A stretch of 53,115 nucleotides of DNA from Ignavibacteriales bacterium (lineage in GTDB: Bacteria; Bacteroidota; Ignavibacteria; UBA10030; UBA8401). Shown piece by piece: positions 39,474 through 50,500 of this stretch. The position numbers and the translations under genes were made by a program. The stretch's first letter is position 1. The number at the start of each line of letters is the position of its first letter. Location of the stretch: the NCBI GenBank assembly GCA_016182545.1, contig JACPGG010000024.1, positions 9,298-62,412 of the forward strand. Reading direction: 5' to 3'. Below the pieces are notes generated by a model. It was not told the DNA's origin. It searched no databases and was given only the letters and a program-made list of their open reading frames with translations.

Positions 39474-40082
39474 TCAGATAAATGTGCATTCCTTTTTTAA
39501 TGCAGAAGTGAGGAATGCAAGATATTCTTGTTTTGATATTTCAATGCAGCCGAGTGTCGCAAGATGTGGGTTGACGTATTGAGCATCCAGCAACGTATAA
39601 CCGCGTTCATTCAATCTTTCAACCAGATGAACCAGTGCTACTTTTGAAGCATCCGTTTTTCGGCTGAACATCGATTCGCCGAAGAACGCGCCGTTGATCG
39701 CCACGCCGTACAATCCGCCGACCAATCTTCCGTCATTCCAGGTTTCAACTGAATGAGCGTACCCCAACCGAAAGAGCCGGAGATAACTTTCGATGATCGA
39801 TTCTGATATCCACACATCCTCTCTCTCCGCACAACGTCTCATCACCCCTTCAAAATCACTGTCGACACGAATCTCAAAAATATTTTTCTTAAGAGTTTGA
39901 CGGAGCGAGCGGGAGATTTTTAATCCATCGAGAGGGATGATCCCTCTCCGTTCCGGTGAGAACCAGTGGATCTCTCCATCTTTCCCGTCCGCCATCGGAA
40001 AAAAGCCGTTGCAGTACGCATTCAACAGAAATTCACTGTCGATGTATTTCTTCCCGTCCGGACTCTTTGCGAAGATTCTCAC
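39474..40082 (-). CDS. aat: Leucyl/phenylalanyl-tRNA--protein transferase
   Basis: [39 protein letters not shown]. Confidence 0.96.
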   Translation of the reverse strand: MRIFAKSPDGKKYIDSEFLLNAYCNGFFPMADGKDGEIHWFSPERRGIIPLDGLKISRSLRQTLKKNIFEIRVDSDFEGVMRRCAEREDVWISESIIESYLRLFRLGYAHSVETWNDGRLVGGLYGVAINGAFFGESMFSRKTDASKVALVHLVERLNERGYTLLDAQYVNPHLATLGCIEISKQEYLAFLTSALKKECTFI

Positions 40083-40186
40083 GGTTCAAAATGACTGCAT
40101 TGAAATTTCGTCAGTAAAAAATCAATGCCGAGTCTTTCACAATACGCAAAGAGCCCGGCATCGAAGATTGGTTACAACGCTACAAG

Positions 40187-41287
40187 TTATTCGTCGCCGA
40201 AATTCGTTCCGACATTCCGCGCAGAAGTGATAATTTCGCCGCTGACAGGAACCAAACGCTGTTTCGAGATCGCATCTTTGATCGCAACGCTTGTCACGTG
40301 AACCCCTTTGAGACTTACCATGCGCCCGAATTCACCTTTGACGGCTAGTTCCACCGCCTTTGTGCCGTACCGCGTTGCCAACACACGATCATATGCGGTA
40401 GGACTCCCACCCCGCTGCAAATGTCCAAGAATCGTTGTGCGTGTCTCCAAACCTGTTTCCTGAGTGATGCGACGGCTGATATGTTCGCCGATGCCTCCGA
40501 AACGAATCGGATCAGTTCTCTTAATATCTGTTTCTTTGATAACGATCTCTTCGTCGGCAGCTTTCGCCCCCTCTGCAACACAGACGATGCTGTAGCGGTT
40601 GCCACGCGTACTGCGTTCAATCACGCGCCGCATCACGACATCCCACTTAAATGAAATTTCGGGGATAAGAATGACATCGGCACCCCCTGCAAGACCTGCC
40701 TGCAGTGCGATCCAACCTGCATATCGTCCCATCACTTCAATCACCATCACGCGATGATGCGCGGATGCCGTTGTGTGCAATCGGTCAATTGCTTCGGTCG
40801 CGATCGAAAGAGCTGTATCGAATCCGAATGTTTGATCGGTCGCATCGAGATCATTATCAATGGTTTTCGGAACGCCGATAATATTGATTCCCATCTCGGC
40901 AAGTTTGTTCGATATATGCATCGTTCCGTCGCCGCCGATTGCAATAATGCAATCCAGCCCCCAACCCTTGTAATGTTTTGCAACTCTCGTAGACGCATCG
41001 ACGATCTCGATGCCGTTCAATCCTTCGACAGGATAATGGTATGGGTCCCCTTTGTTGGAAGTACCTAGTATCGTACCACCAAGCCCGATAATTCCTGCAA
41101 TATCGTCACGCGTCAATTCGCGCATACGCCCTTCAACAAATCCTTCAAAGCCGTCTTCAATGCCCACCACCGTCAGACCGTGATCGTTCATCGCCGGTTT
41201 GGCAACACCACGGATAACCGCATTCAATCCGGGACAATCGCCGCCGCCCGTCAGTATTCCAATTCTTTTTACTTTTTTGTTGTTCAT
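40187..41287 (-). CDS. pfkA: 6-phosphofructokinase (group III, probably ATP-dependent)
   Basis: TGGGDCPGLN, GGTILGT, GGDGT (Gly suggests ATP), PKTIDND, EVMGR, LGHLQRGG. Confidence 0.93.
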   Translation of the reverse strand: MNNKKVKRIGILTGGGDCPGLNAVIRGVAKPAMNDHGLTVVGIEDGFEGFVEGRMRELTRDDIAGIIGLGGTILGTSNKGDPYHYPVEGLNGIEIVDASTRVAKHYKGWGLDCIIAIGGDGTMHISNKLAEMGINIIGVPKTIDNDLDATDQTFGFDTALSIATEAIDRLHTTASAHHRVMVIEVMGRYAGWIALQAGLAGGADVILIPEISFKWDVVMRRVIERSTRGNRYSIVCVAEGAKAADEEIVIKETDIKRTDPIRFGGIGEHISRRITQETGLETRTTILGHLQRGGSPTAYDRVLATRYGTKAVELAVKGEFGRMVSLKGVHVTSVAIKDAISKQRLVPVSGEIITSARNVGTNFGDE

Positions 41288-41367
41288 TCTCTTCTTTTAG
41301 TTCATTCTTTGATGAATTACTAATGCGGATGCAATGTAAGAAAAAATGAGAAGTAGTAAAAGCGATT

Positions 41368-42357
41368 TTATACGCTATTTTTGAGGGCTAAATCGAGGAC
41401 TTCCTGATTGTGCAATGCGCTATCTGCAGATACCAATGGCTGAGTATCGTTGAGAATGCAATCGGAGAAATGTGTCACTTCCAATTGGTAAAGGTCGGGA
41501 ACAAATATTTCTTCTTTCTTAACGTCTGAAAGATTTCCCTGCGAGCCGAATTTAATCTCAAGTGTTGTAGGCGTATTGCTCGGCGTAAAATAAAATGCCG
41601 AGAGAGATCCTTTGGTGCCGACAAATTCGATGTACGTTTGCCGGTAGGATGATTCAAAAGAAGAGTACACAGCCGCAAGCGTTCCTTTTGAAAACCGCAG
41701 CGTCATAACATTCGTCTTTTCAACTTTGTTCGCACCGTCGGCATGCCTCATCATGCTCTGCACAGAAGCGACGGTATCGTCCAGAACGCATCGTATCGAA
41801 TCAAGGCAATGGATGCCGATATCGAACAGCGGTCCGCCACCCGCCGCATGTTTGTCCCACAACCAGCCGCGCTGCGACATTCCTGCATCGTAAATAAATT
41901 CGGAACGGGCAAATGAAATTTCGCCGATCATTCCGGACTGGACAATCTCTTTCATCCGACGAATCAACGGCGAAAACCGAAGCATATGTCCAACCATGAA
42001 CTTCACATTTGTACTTTTGCATGCTTCGATCATCTCTTTCCCCTGGGCTGCATTCAACGCCATCGGTTTTTCAACGAGTATATGTTTTTTCGCCTTTGCA
42101 GCAAACAATGTTTCGGGATGATGCTGGCCATTCGCGGAAACAATGAATACAGCGTCAACGTCCGGCGAGGCAACTAATCGATCGACCGAGTCGAAGTACA
42201 ACGGAATGCCATGCTCCTCCGCTTTCCACTTCGCCATATCCAACGACCGCTTTTGAATGGCGACCAGTTCGGAATTTTCACATTTCCTGATCGCCGGCAT
42301 AATTGCGCGTTCTGCAAATGCCCCAAAACCGATGATGCCGTAACGGATCTTGTTCAT
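41368..42357 (-). CDS. Gfo/Idh/MocA family oxidoreductase
   Basis: GIIGFG, LVEKPMA, GGGPLFDIGIH. Confidence 0.92.
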   Translation of the reverse strand: MNKIRYGIIGFGAFAERAIMPAIRKCENSELVAIQKRSLDMAKWKAEEHGIPLYFDSVDRLVASPDVDAVFIVSANGQHHPETLFAAKAKKHILVEKPMALNAAQGKEMIEACKSTNVKFMVGHMLRFSPLIRRMKEIVQSGMIGEISFARSEFIYDAGMSQRGWLWDKHAAGGGPLFDIGIHCLDSIRCVLDDTVASVQSMMRHADGANKVEKTNVMTLRFSKGTLAAVYSSFESSYRQTYIEFVGTKGSLSAFYFTPSNTPTTLEIKFGSQGNLSDVKKEEIFVPDLYQLEVTHFSDCILNDTQPLVSADSALHNQEVLDLALKNSV

Positions 42358-42360
42358 AGA

Positions 42361-42984
42361 CTAAAAATAATATGTGATAACCAAGAATGAACTTTCGAAG
42401 AAAAATTCATTACTCTTGAAATCATTTGGTGGAAGTTGTGCGTCGGTCGCATGCCGATTCGTGATCTCGTAATACACACGTTTCTGGATTTCCAATGAAA
42501 TTTGATCCGTTAAATAATGTTCTGCTCCCATTCCAAATTTGAATCGATGATTTATTGTTCTTTCTTCCACATCAACGTTGTATTGGAAGATCTGCATACG
42601 ACTGATCTCATCGAATTTATAAACACCTTCCGTTCGTATGCTTCTTGACCATTCCCGTTCAACGTCGGTTTGCAAAGTTAAATTTACTTCATCAAATATT
42701 CCGATTGTTCGTTGGTACCCGATCAAAAATGTGTAATTATTCTGTTCACCGTCCGTAGCATAATATGGCTTATCCAATGAATTCCTGAAGACACTCGAAC
42801 CGATTTGGAATTGTGTAATGACACAATCATCTGCAGTGAGTTTATACTTCAAACATAACTTCTCATCAATGTATCCTCTAAATTCAAGGAAAATACCGAA
42901 CGGATGTTTGACCGCTGTACTATCCTGAGAAAAAATACTCTGTGAAATAAAAACCAATGCCGCAAAGATTATTATCTTTTTCAT
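42361..42984 (-). CDS. Hypothetical exported / outer-membrane beta-barrel-like protein
   Basis: Signal peptide MKKIIIFAALVFISQSIFSQ; alternating beta pattern; aromatic C-terminus ITYYF; AT-rich relative to neighbours. Confidence 0.65.
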   Translation of the reverse strand: MKKIIIFAALVFISQSIFSQDSTAVKHPFGIFLEFRGYIDEKLCLKYKLTADDCVITQFQIGSSVFRNSLDKPYYATDGEQNNYTFLIGYQRTIGIFDEVNLTLQTDVEREWSRSIRTEGVYKFDEISRMQIFQYNVDVEERTINHRFKFGMGAEHYLTDQISLEIQKRVYYEITNRHATDAQLPPNDFKSNEFFFESSFLVITYYF

Positions 42985-43025
42985 TTTTTTTGTTTCCGTA
43001 TTGTTGATAACAATCGAATATCAAC

Positions 43026-43056
43026 AAAAAAGCGAGGCTTAGCAAGCCTCGCTTTT
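43026..43056 (-). terminator. Intrinsic terminator after the cytochrome c gene
   Basis: AAAAGCGAGGCTT-AGC-AAGCCTCGCTTTT; U-tract on the minus strand. Confidence 0.8.
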
Positions 43057-43081
43057 AGTGAAAAAGAATTCAGATATAAGA

Positions 43082-44021
43082 CTATTGTTTCGCCGTAAAC
43101 TTTTCCACTTTGTTCGTTACGGGTGGAACGGTCTTCAGATATCGGAAGATCGCTTTGATATCTCCATCTTTCATTCCGGCGTACAACAGCCACGGCATAG
43201 CGGTGTTGAACTCTCCCGCTTTCACAGGTTTATTCCTCCATGATGAATCGCGGTACGCAGTAAATTTTCCAACGAACACTTCCTCTGTCCACAAACCGAT
43301 CCCAGTCTCGTGATCCTGCGTGATGTTTGCAGAGCGGACGACATCGCCGGTGAGGGGCGAACGGAATTCAAATCCTCCTGCGAGATGCATGCCGGGAACC
43401 GGTTCTCCTTTTTCCCGTTTCGTATGGCAATCGCCGCATCCGGAAATTGTAAAAATATACTGACCATACTTCAATGTATCCTCAGAGTCCGGTTTCGCCA
43501 TCGGCGTCGCGTCGTGCGGAATCGTTGGGACGATTAAATTCAACGGGAAATTCAGATCTGCCGCAGGATACGATCCTTCCTTCGGTTCCAACGTGCGAAT
43601 GTATGCAATAATTGATTTCACATCTTCCGGGTCCATATTACTGTACGCAAGGTACGGCATCATCGGAAAGAGTGCTCTCCCGTCTCTCGTGACTCCGGTC
43701 GTAAGTAATATTTTGTGCGTACAATGTTCCGGGCATTCCCGCTGTTTCTTCATCAAACTTGTCCCCGCCTTTTCCTTCGGAACCGGGAACAACCGGTCCG
43801 GCAAATTTTGTCCAATCGCGTGTCGAATGGCAGTCAATGCAACCGGCAACATGGTTCGCAAGGTATTTTCCATGCTCAAGCATTTCCGGTGTTGCGTTGA
43901 TCGTCAGTTCCTGCGGCGGACTGACTTTGGGGAATGCGGTTGTGAGATACAGCAATCCAATCAGCACAAGCACAACAACTCCTCCGACAATGTACGCGAC
44001 AATTTTGAGAGCTTTCTTCAT
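43082..44021 (-). pseudogene. Membrane-anchored diheme c-type cytochrome, split by a frameshifting deletion at about 43704
   Basis: GGAGG RBS, TM anchor, HGKYL....GCIDCH...YAQNIT in one frame. The other frame continues TTGVTRDGRALFPMMPY...GQY....GCGDCH...SANIT..ETGIGLWT...MPW. Confidence 0.85.
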
Positions 44022-44107
44022 TATTCCTCCTTATTGGTGATAAAGTGCGTTACAAAAAAAATAAATTTCGTCTTGATTGTCAAGCCGAATGAGCGGTATC
44101 TTGTAGA

Positions 44108-45499
44108 GTGAAACTGTCGCTGCACATATTAAAGGCACATACCGCCCCATTTATCGGCTCATTTCTCATTTTGATGTTCCTGTTCATCCTTCAATTCATC
44201 ATGAAATTCATGGATCAACTGGTGGGAAAAGGATTGAGCGGTGCAGTGATCGCAGAGTTGATGATGCTCAACCTTGCCTGGATGGTCGTGCTCGCAGTGC
44301 CGATGGCTGTGCTTGTAGCAACATTGATGGCATTCGGAGGCATGGCTTCAACGAATGAGATCACGGCAATGAAAGCAGGCGGAATGAGTCTCGTGAGAAT
44401 GATGGCTCCGGTCATCGCGATGTCGCTGCTGGTGACATACGCAATGATCGAGTTCAACAACAAAGTACTCCCCGAAGCAAACCATCGTTCAAAGACACTC
44501 ACGATCGACATACGACGAAAAAAACCGACGTTGACTCTGATCCCGGGACTCTTCAATCAGGATATGCCCGGCTATAGTATGCTTGTGAGGAAAACGTTCG
44601 AGGAGTCGAACAACTTCGAAGGGGTCACGATCTACAACCATGCAGATCCGAATAAGAATACGGTGATCACTGCAAAACACGGATCGCTCTCGTTTTCCGG
44701 CGACTACCGGAAATTGGTTATGGATCTGTACGACGGTGAAATTCACGAGATCGATCATACCAAACCGAATATGTACCGCATCGTTAAATTCGAACGGCAG
44801 CGATTGACCACCCGCGCAGAAGGATTCGACTTTGAACGATCGGCTATCAATGCTTTTACACGCGGCGACAGAGAATTGAGTTCCGGCGAAATGCGGTACA
44901 TGGTGGACAGCCTTGCCGGATTGATCCGCGAGATACAAAATCGGTTTGACGGGTACACGCAGGGACTCCATGAAAAATTATTCTCCGGTTCCGTTTCTCC
45001 ACAATCATCACAAAAAGATTTTTGGAAAAATGTGGAACAGTATTCAACAATGAGCAGCCAATTGATGTTTTACAGAAACAATATCGATTCGGAAATTTCG
45101 AACCTCGAGTACCAGCAAAAACAGATACGCGAGTATCTGGTTGAGATCCATAAAAAGTATTCGATCCCCGTCGCTTGTTTTGTCTTCATCCTTGTCGGAG
45201 CACCGCTGGGTGTGATGGCGCGTCGCGGCGGTTTCGGTATCGCGGCGTCGCTCAGTCTCGGATTTTTTTTGTTATACTGGTCATCACTCATCGGCGGAGA
45301 AAAACTTGCCGACCGCCAGATCATAGAGCCATGGATCGGAATGTGGATCGCAAACATGTTCATCGGTGTGCTGGGCATATTCCTTACATACAAGATCGGG
45401 AAAGAAAATATCGAATTGAATTTTACCTGGTGGCGCAAATTCATACCGAAAAAACTCCAAACGACGCTCTTCAGCGATTCTGAAACGACGCAGCAGTGA
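44108..45499 (+). CDS. lptF: LPS export ABC transporter permease LptF
   Basis: Three N-terminal TMs, NEITAMKAGG, beta-jellyroll region, EIHKKYSIP..C, three C-terminal TMs; paired with lptG. Confidence 0.88.
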   Translation: MKLSLHILKAHTAPFIGSFLILMFLFILQFIMKFMDQLVGKGLSGAVIAELMMLNLAWMVVLAVPMAVLVATLMAFGGMASTNEITAMKAGGMSLVRMMAPVIAMSLLVTYAMIEFNNKVLPEANHRSKTLTIDIRRKKPTLTLIPGLFNQDMPGYSMLVRKTFEESNNFEGVTIYNHADPNKNTVITAKHGSLSFSGDYRKLVMDLYDGEIHEIDHTKPNMYRIVKFERQRLTTRAEGFDFERSAINAFTRGDRELSSGEMRYMVDSLAGLIREIQNRFDGYTQGLHEKLFSGSVSPQSSQKDFWKNVEQYSTMSSQLMFYRNNIDSEISNLEYQQKQIREYLVEIHKKYSIPVACFVFILVGAPLGVMARRGGFGIAASLSLGFFLLYWSSLIGGEKLADRQIIEPWIGMWIANMFIGVLGIFLTYKIGKENIELNFTWWRKFIPKKLQTTLFSDSETTQQ

Positions 45500-46581
45500 A
45501 AATCCTCGACCGGTACATACTGAAACAGTTTATTCTCACAACGCTCTTCGGCTTGCTTGCATTCACAATGATCTTTGTCATTATCGACCTGATGGAAAAT
45601 CTTGACGATTTCCTCGACAACAATGTTGAGACAGCGATCATCATCCAGTACTATGTTTCTTTTACACCTGAGATCATCAAATTGATGACACCCGTTGCGA
45701 TATTGCTTTCGAGCTTGTTCACCACAGGAAAACTCTCATCGAACAACGAACTGACTGCGATGAAAGCAGGAGGCATGAGTATTTATCGGTACATGATACC
45801 GTTGCTCGGTGTTGCTCTGTTTGTGAGTCTTGTTTCGGTTTACTTTAACGGATGGGTGGTCCCGTATGCAAACCAGCAGAAATTCGGGATCGAACAGAAA
45901 AAAAAAAAAAAAGGGATCGAATCGATTGCCCGTACCAATATTTATCTGCAGGATGGGACTCGCCGCATCATTTATATTTCGTTCTTTGAAGGACAATCAA
46001 ACACCGGCACCCGTGTGTCGGTGCAGGAATTCAGCGACGAACGCTTGCTCACCATTTCGCAACGATGGGACGGTTCATCGATCAATTGGGACAGTACATC
46101 GAAAAAGTGGACGATAAAGAACGGCAAACATCGGATCGTTCACACGAACGGTGAACAGACGATGCCGTTCGCGGAATATACATTCTCCGATCTCACATTC
46201 TCACCGAAGGATATTATCAAGAAGGTCGAAAAACCTGCCGAGATGAATTACACGGAATTGCAGGAGTTCATCGAACGGCAGCAGCAAAGCGGTAACGATG
46301 TAGCGCGATGGATGGTCGATTATCATGGAAAGATAGCATTCCCCTTTGCCAGCGTCATTGTGGTGCTGTTTGGTGTGCCGTTTTCGTTCGGCAAGCGGCG
46401 AAGCGGACTGGCATTGCAATTCGGAATTTCAGTTGCGATCTGTTTCATCTATCTTGCATTTATGAAGATCAGCGAAGTGTTCGGCTACAACGGCGATCTG
46501 AATCCGTTGCTGACTGCGTGGCTGGCGAATATAATTTTCTTTTCGGCGGGTATTGTAAATATTTTCAGGGTGGACAAGTAA
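45496..46581 (+). CDS. lptG: LPS export ABC transporter permease LptG
   Basis: MKILDRYILK, NELTAMKAGG, HGKIAFPF, PLLTAWLAN. Confidence 0.88.
   Translation: MKILDRYILKQFILTTLFGLLAFTMIFVIIDLMENLDDFLDNNVETAIIIQYYVSFTPEIIKLMTPVAILLSSLFTTGKLSSNNELTAMKAGGMSIYRYMIPLLGVALFVSLVSVYFNGWVVPYANQQKFGIEQKKKKKGIESIARTNIYLQDGTRRIIYISFFEGQSNTGTRVSVQEFSDERLLTISQRWDGSSINWDSTSKKWTIKNGKHRIVHTNGEQTMPFAEYTFSDLTFSPKDIIKKVEKPAEMNYTELQEFIERQQQSGNDVARWMVDYHGKIAFPFASVIVVLFGVPFSFGKRRSGLALQFGISVAICFIYLAFMKISEVFGYNGDLNPLLTAWLANIIFFSAGIVNIFRVDK
45898..45912 (+). repeat. A15 homopolymer inside lptG (encodes KKKKK, in frame)
   Basis: 15 consecutive A counted directly. Confidence 0.9.
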
Positions 46582-46614
46582 TTCCCCGTAAAGGGTTTCA
46601 GGTAATTCTCATGT

Positions 46615-46672
46615 TGTCCGAGAGTTGAACGCTCGGACAGGTGCCTTCTTCGACAGTTAAACTGTCGAAGAA
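46615..46672. repeat. Composite double-palindrome element, family B (inverted copy)
   Basis: TGTCCGAGAGTT-G-AACGCTCGGACA plus TTCTTCGACAGTT-A-AACTGTCGAAGAA; reverse-complement homolog of 19126-19182. Confidence 0.85.
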
Positions 46673-46684
46673 CCAAGAATCTCA

Positions 46685-46715
46685 GGTGACCGTCACCTCC
46701 AAGGTGACGGTCACC
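46685..46715. repeat. REP-like nested palindrome, family C
   Basis: GGTGACCGTCACCT-CCA-AGGTGACGGTCACC, a perfect 14-bp inverted repeat with self-palindromic arms. It overlaps the stop of the 46711-47598 gene. Confidence 0.8.
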
Positions 46716-47598
46716 GTAGCACGGATACTTTCAACTCCGACAGCAGTCTCTTCCCTTCGTACGAATCCACAGGTCTTAAACCCAACGTTGCGGAAATTTC
46801 GTTGTTGAATGATTTTGTCGAGACGTAAGCATCCAGCGCACTGAGGACGTGGTTGATAACAATAACGCTGGCGGCAAAACTTGCGGCGTAATAATAATCG
46901 TTGGCTCGAGCTCGTTCAGTTGCATACGCGTTAACCTGATCTTCAGCATCGAAATAGTTGTCGTATTGACCATTATCAGATAACGGTACTTGGTTTGCAT
47001 CCTTCGGATAGTCACTCCATCCGAATTTGAATTGATGATATTTTCCGATCAATTCATAATATTGCTGTTCTCTGAATCGTGGTAATTGATGTGAAAATCC
47101 TTCACTATGTGCTCCTTGCTCCCATTCATTGATCTTTGAAAAATCATAATTGTTTCTGATCGCCGCAAAATCGCTCTCTGTAAAAGTCACGGATGTTGGA
47201 CCATAATCTGCTTTGCCATGGGCTTCGATCCAACGAGCATACCGCTCCGCGCTCCAATGCGCTTCAGCGTATTTTTGAAATTCTTCAGTCTTCTTATCTC
47301 CATTATTCTCACTGATGATCGCATAGGCGATCAACGCAACTTCAGTACCAAGGAAGATCGCTGCCTTGGTATATCGCTCAGAATGATATTGACCGGTACC
47401 GGGTATGACAAGCGAATACAAACTGTTATAGAATGGATTTTGATGCCGTTCATTATATCCGGAGACAACATTACGCTGTACGACCGTGTCCTGAAGAACA
47501 TTCCTCAAATCCCATTCGATATTGCCGGTAATTTTTTTGTCTCCTGCGGATACAAGAGTACACACGCAGAAAAGTATTCCAAACAATTTATTCGCCAT
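46711..47598 (-). CDS. Conserved hypothetical exported/membrane protein
   Basis: Signal peptide, SLVIPGTGQY motif, QQYYELIGKY.QF..GW, NHVLSALDA; last gene of the protease operon. Confidence 0.75.
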   Translation of the reverse strand: MANKLFGILFCVCTLVSAGDKKITGNIEWDLRNVLQDTVVQRNVVSGYNERHQNPFYNSLYSLVIPGTGQYHSERYTKAAIFLGTEVALIAYAIISENNGDKKTEEFQKYAEAHWSAERYARWIEAHGKADYGPTSVTFTESDFAAIRNNYDFSKINEWEQGAHSEGFSHQLPRFREQQYYELIGKYHQFKFGWSDYPKDANQVPLSDNGQYDNYFDAEDQVNAYATERARANDYYYAASFAASVIVINHVLSALDAYVSTKSFNNEISATLGLRPVDSYEGKRLLSELKVSVLR

Positions 47599-50500
47599 TG
47601 GGATCCCTCAACATTCGTGTAATATCGTTGCTGAAATCGAAACCAAAAAGAATTCCGAAATAGAAGCGCCATTCTTTGCCGTACTGTATCGTAGCGCCTC
47701 CTTTCGTAAGAGAAAATTTGTCAAGCCCGTACGTGCCGTTGAAAAAAATACGCGTCGGATAGGCATACCATGAGAACGCTTCCAAGCGTAATTCAAAGCC
47801 GATGTCCTTTTTGAAGTCCCGGATGTTCGGCAGCCCGTTCCACGCATTTCCTATATCGGCATGGAATTCCCCGTATAAGCGATCGAAGTACAATTGAAAA
47901 ATCCTGAAATCGATATTTTCCCAGATGGGATAACGATAAGCAACGTTGAGGGTCGCGATCTCATTTCCGCCAATCGAATAGAACGGATACCCTTTCATTC
48001 CGACCAATCCACCGGCATAGAAATCGAAGAAGTCCGGCACTTGCGGACCGAAGATCGTCCCGCCGCGAAGTGTCAATGAGAGCGTATGCTTCCACGCGGG
48101 GAGTTTGATGTGTTCCGTATATCGCACTTCCAATCGTTGAAAGTTGTACGGAAACAATTTCAGTTTTACACCCGTGCTAGTTATTTCTAATGAATCAGAA
48201 ATACCGTCCGCTGCTCTCCTAATAAAACTATTGAACTCATTATCAAGCCGAACGGAAAATGTCCGCCCGACCGGATTGATCTCCCGTGTCCGCGATGGAA
48301 CAATGAAATCGAATTTCCACTGCAGCGAAACATTTTTCCCGATGAAATAATCTTCGCTTGATGCAGATGCGGCAACCGGTGGATGACTTGCATCTCCCGG
48401 GAGAACAAAAAAATCAAATCCCGAAGAATATTTGCTGTATGTCAAGCCGATTGTCAGAATATCGGATGGTGAAATAACATGGTTCTTGATAAACAGATCA
48501 ACTTCAAAAAGGGAAAGAGTTGTACCGGTCGAAACTGTATCCAGCCCAAGACCGAAGCGGGCTGTACTTTTTCGTGTGATGTTGTACAGTTCGAGTGAAA
48601 ATGTCGGATGAAGTCCGAGATGGTGGAATCCGAGAACCCTGTCGCGATATTCGAAGATCAGGAAGAGATCCCGTTCAAGAATATGGTTGATCGCCGCACC
48701 GCCGAACATATTGAATTTCTCCAGCATGTCGGAGGAGATGAAATACAATCCCGGCTTCAGAAAATCGAGCCCGCTGTTCTTCGTATTGTAATTGTCGATA
48801 CGGAGAAACGGGATCAACGAGACGGAACTGAAGATATTCTTGTATGTCCGGCTTTCGCCGTCGAATACTTTGGTATCGTCATAATTTCTGAGCGCGAGCC
48901 AGTTGAATTGCTCCTTGTCGGTCGATGTTGAATCGGCGTTCAACTCGGGGCGGCGAATGCGCTCCGGCTGCTGATACCGCGCGTATGTGAAATCAAGGAG
49001 TTCAGGTTTCTTGAGAATGTTGATCTTGTATCCCGTTGAAGTGTAGGAAGAGAATACTACATCCCCGGCATTGTTGACCGATGGCATGAACGCCCCGCCG
49101 ACAACATTCGTCAATTGCTCTGCGATCTTCGTCTGAACATTGTACCGGAAGATGTTGAATATCCCGTACACATCCGTTGAAAAATAGATATAGAGGCCGT
49201 CGGCACTGTAGTACGGATTCCGTTCATCCGCTTCCGTATCAAGTACGAACCATGTGCGGCCGCTTTCACTATCAACAAGCGCCACATCCTGCCCATCGTT
49301 CATCGAATATCCGTACGTAATGGTCTTGCCGTACGGCGACCATTTGGGGAGATAGACCTGTTCCCCGCTCTTATATTTTGTGACCTGTCGAACGTTCTTT
49401 CCGAGTGTATCGGAGACTGCAACATTCGTCGTTCCGTCACTCCCGACAACAAAACAGAGCCGTGATCCATCAAATGACAGAGAAGGATTTTGTGCACGCA
49501 GACCAAACGTCAATCGTGTTTCTTCTTTCGATTCCAGATCGACGACATAGAGGTCCGAAATCTGCGAGCCGTTCGGATTTTCATGAGTGATCTTCGAGTA
49601 ATAAATTTTTTTGCCGTCCGGCGACCACGCCAACGACGAACGAACGCCGGCGATGATCTCTTCTTCTTTCTTCGTCGTAATGTCATACACATACAATGAA
49701 GAGACCCCGAAATAGTCTGCCTGTTTATTGGAGGTATAGGCGATCTTCGTACCGTCGGGAGAATATGTCGGATAAAAATTCCCGAATCCAACATCGGCGA
49801 TCGTTTCCCCTTCAACTCTCTGAGTCAGTATCGGAGCAACGCGCCGTTTGTAATCACCGGTAATGTGATCTTTCCATTCATTGTACAGCGCATTCCCATC
49901 CTTGCTGATCGAACGTTCGATCGCCTGATCGATCGTCACCATGTTTAAGCGGGAAAGATTCTTTGCAATGTTCGGAATGGCATCTCGTCCGTACTTTTCA
50001 GAAATGTATCGGGTCAAAGCAAACCCGGCATTGTAGGAAGATTCGTTCCCGAGCGAGGTCTTTCCAAACACACTCATCTCGCTCCACGACAGCATATTGC
50101 TGTCCAACACATACGAACGAAGTATCATATCCCGATGCGAGTCCCAAAAATCGTAGCTCAGTTCAGGACGATTGTATTGCGCGACACCCTCGGCAAACCA
50201 GCTGGGAATCACAAATCCGGACAACGGGTAGGAGACGATCGTATTCGGATAACCATAGAGCACATCCTGCCGCCGTTCTTCCTCGTAATTCAGCCATTGG
50301 AGGTAGAATCCGGGAAAGCGCCTCCCGAATTTCATCGAGGTCTGGATCTGTACGATATGAGTGAATTCGTGTGTGATGACGTTGCGCAGCCAGTTGTGCG
50401 TTCCGCGCAGGTCAAAATCCAGTGCCGGCGCCCAGATCTCGATCTTGTTGTCGTAAAAATACGCCGCGCCGTTGGAGTAATCGTCGTAATCCTTGATGAT

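Noticed and set aside
5340-43720. Programmed ribosomal frameshifting or gene scrambling as the explanation for the three split genes
   Set aside because: Codons are missing rather than merely shifted, there are no convincing slippery sites, and I did not find the missing segments elsewhere in the window.
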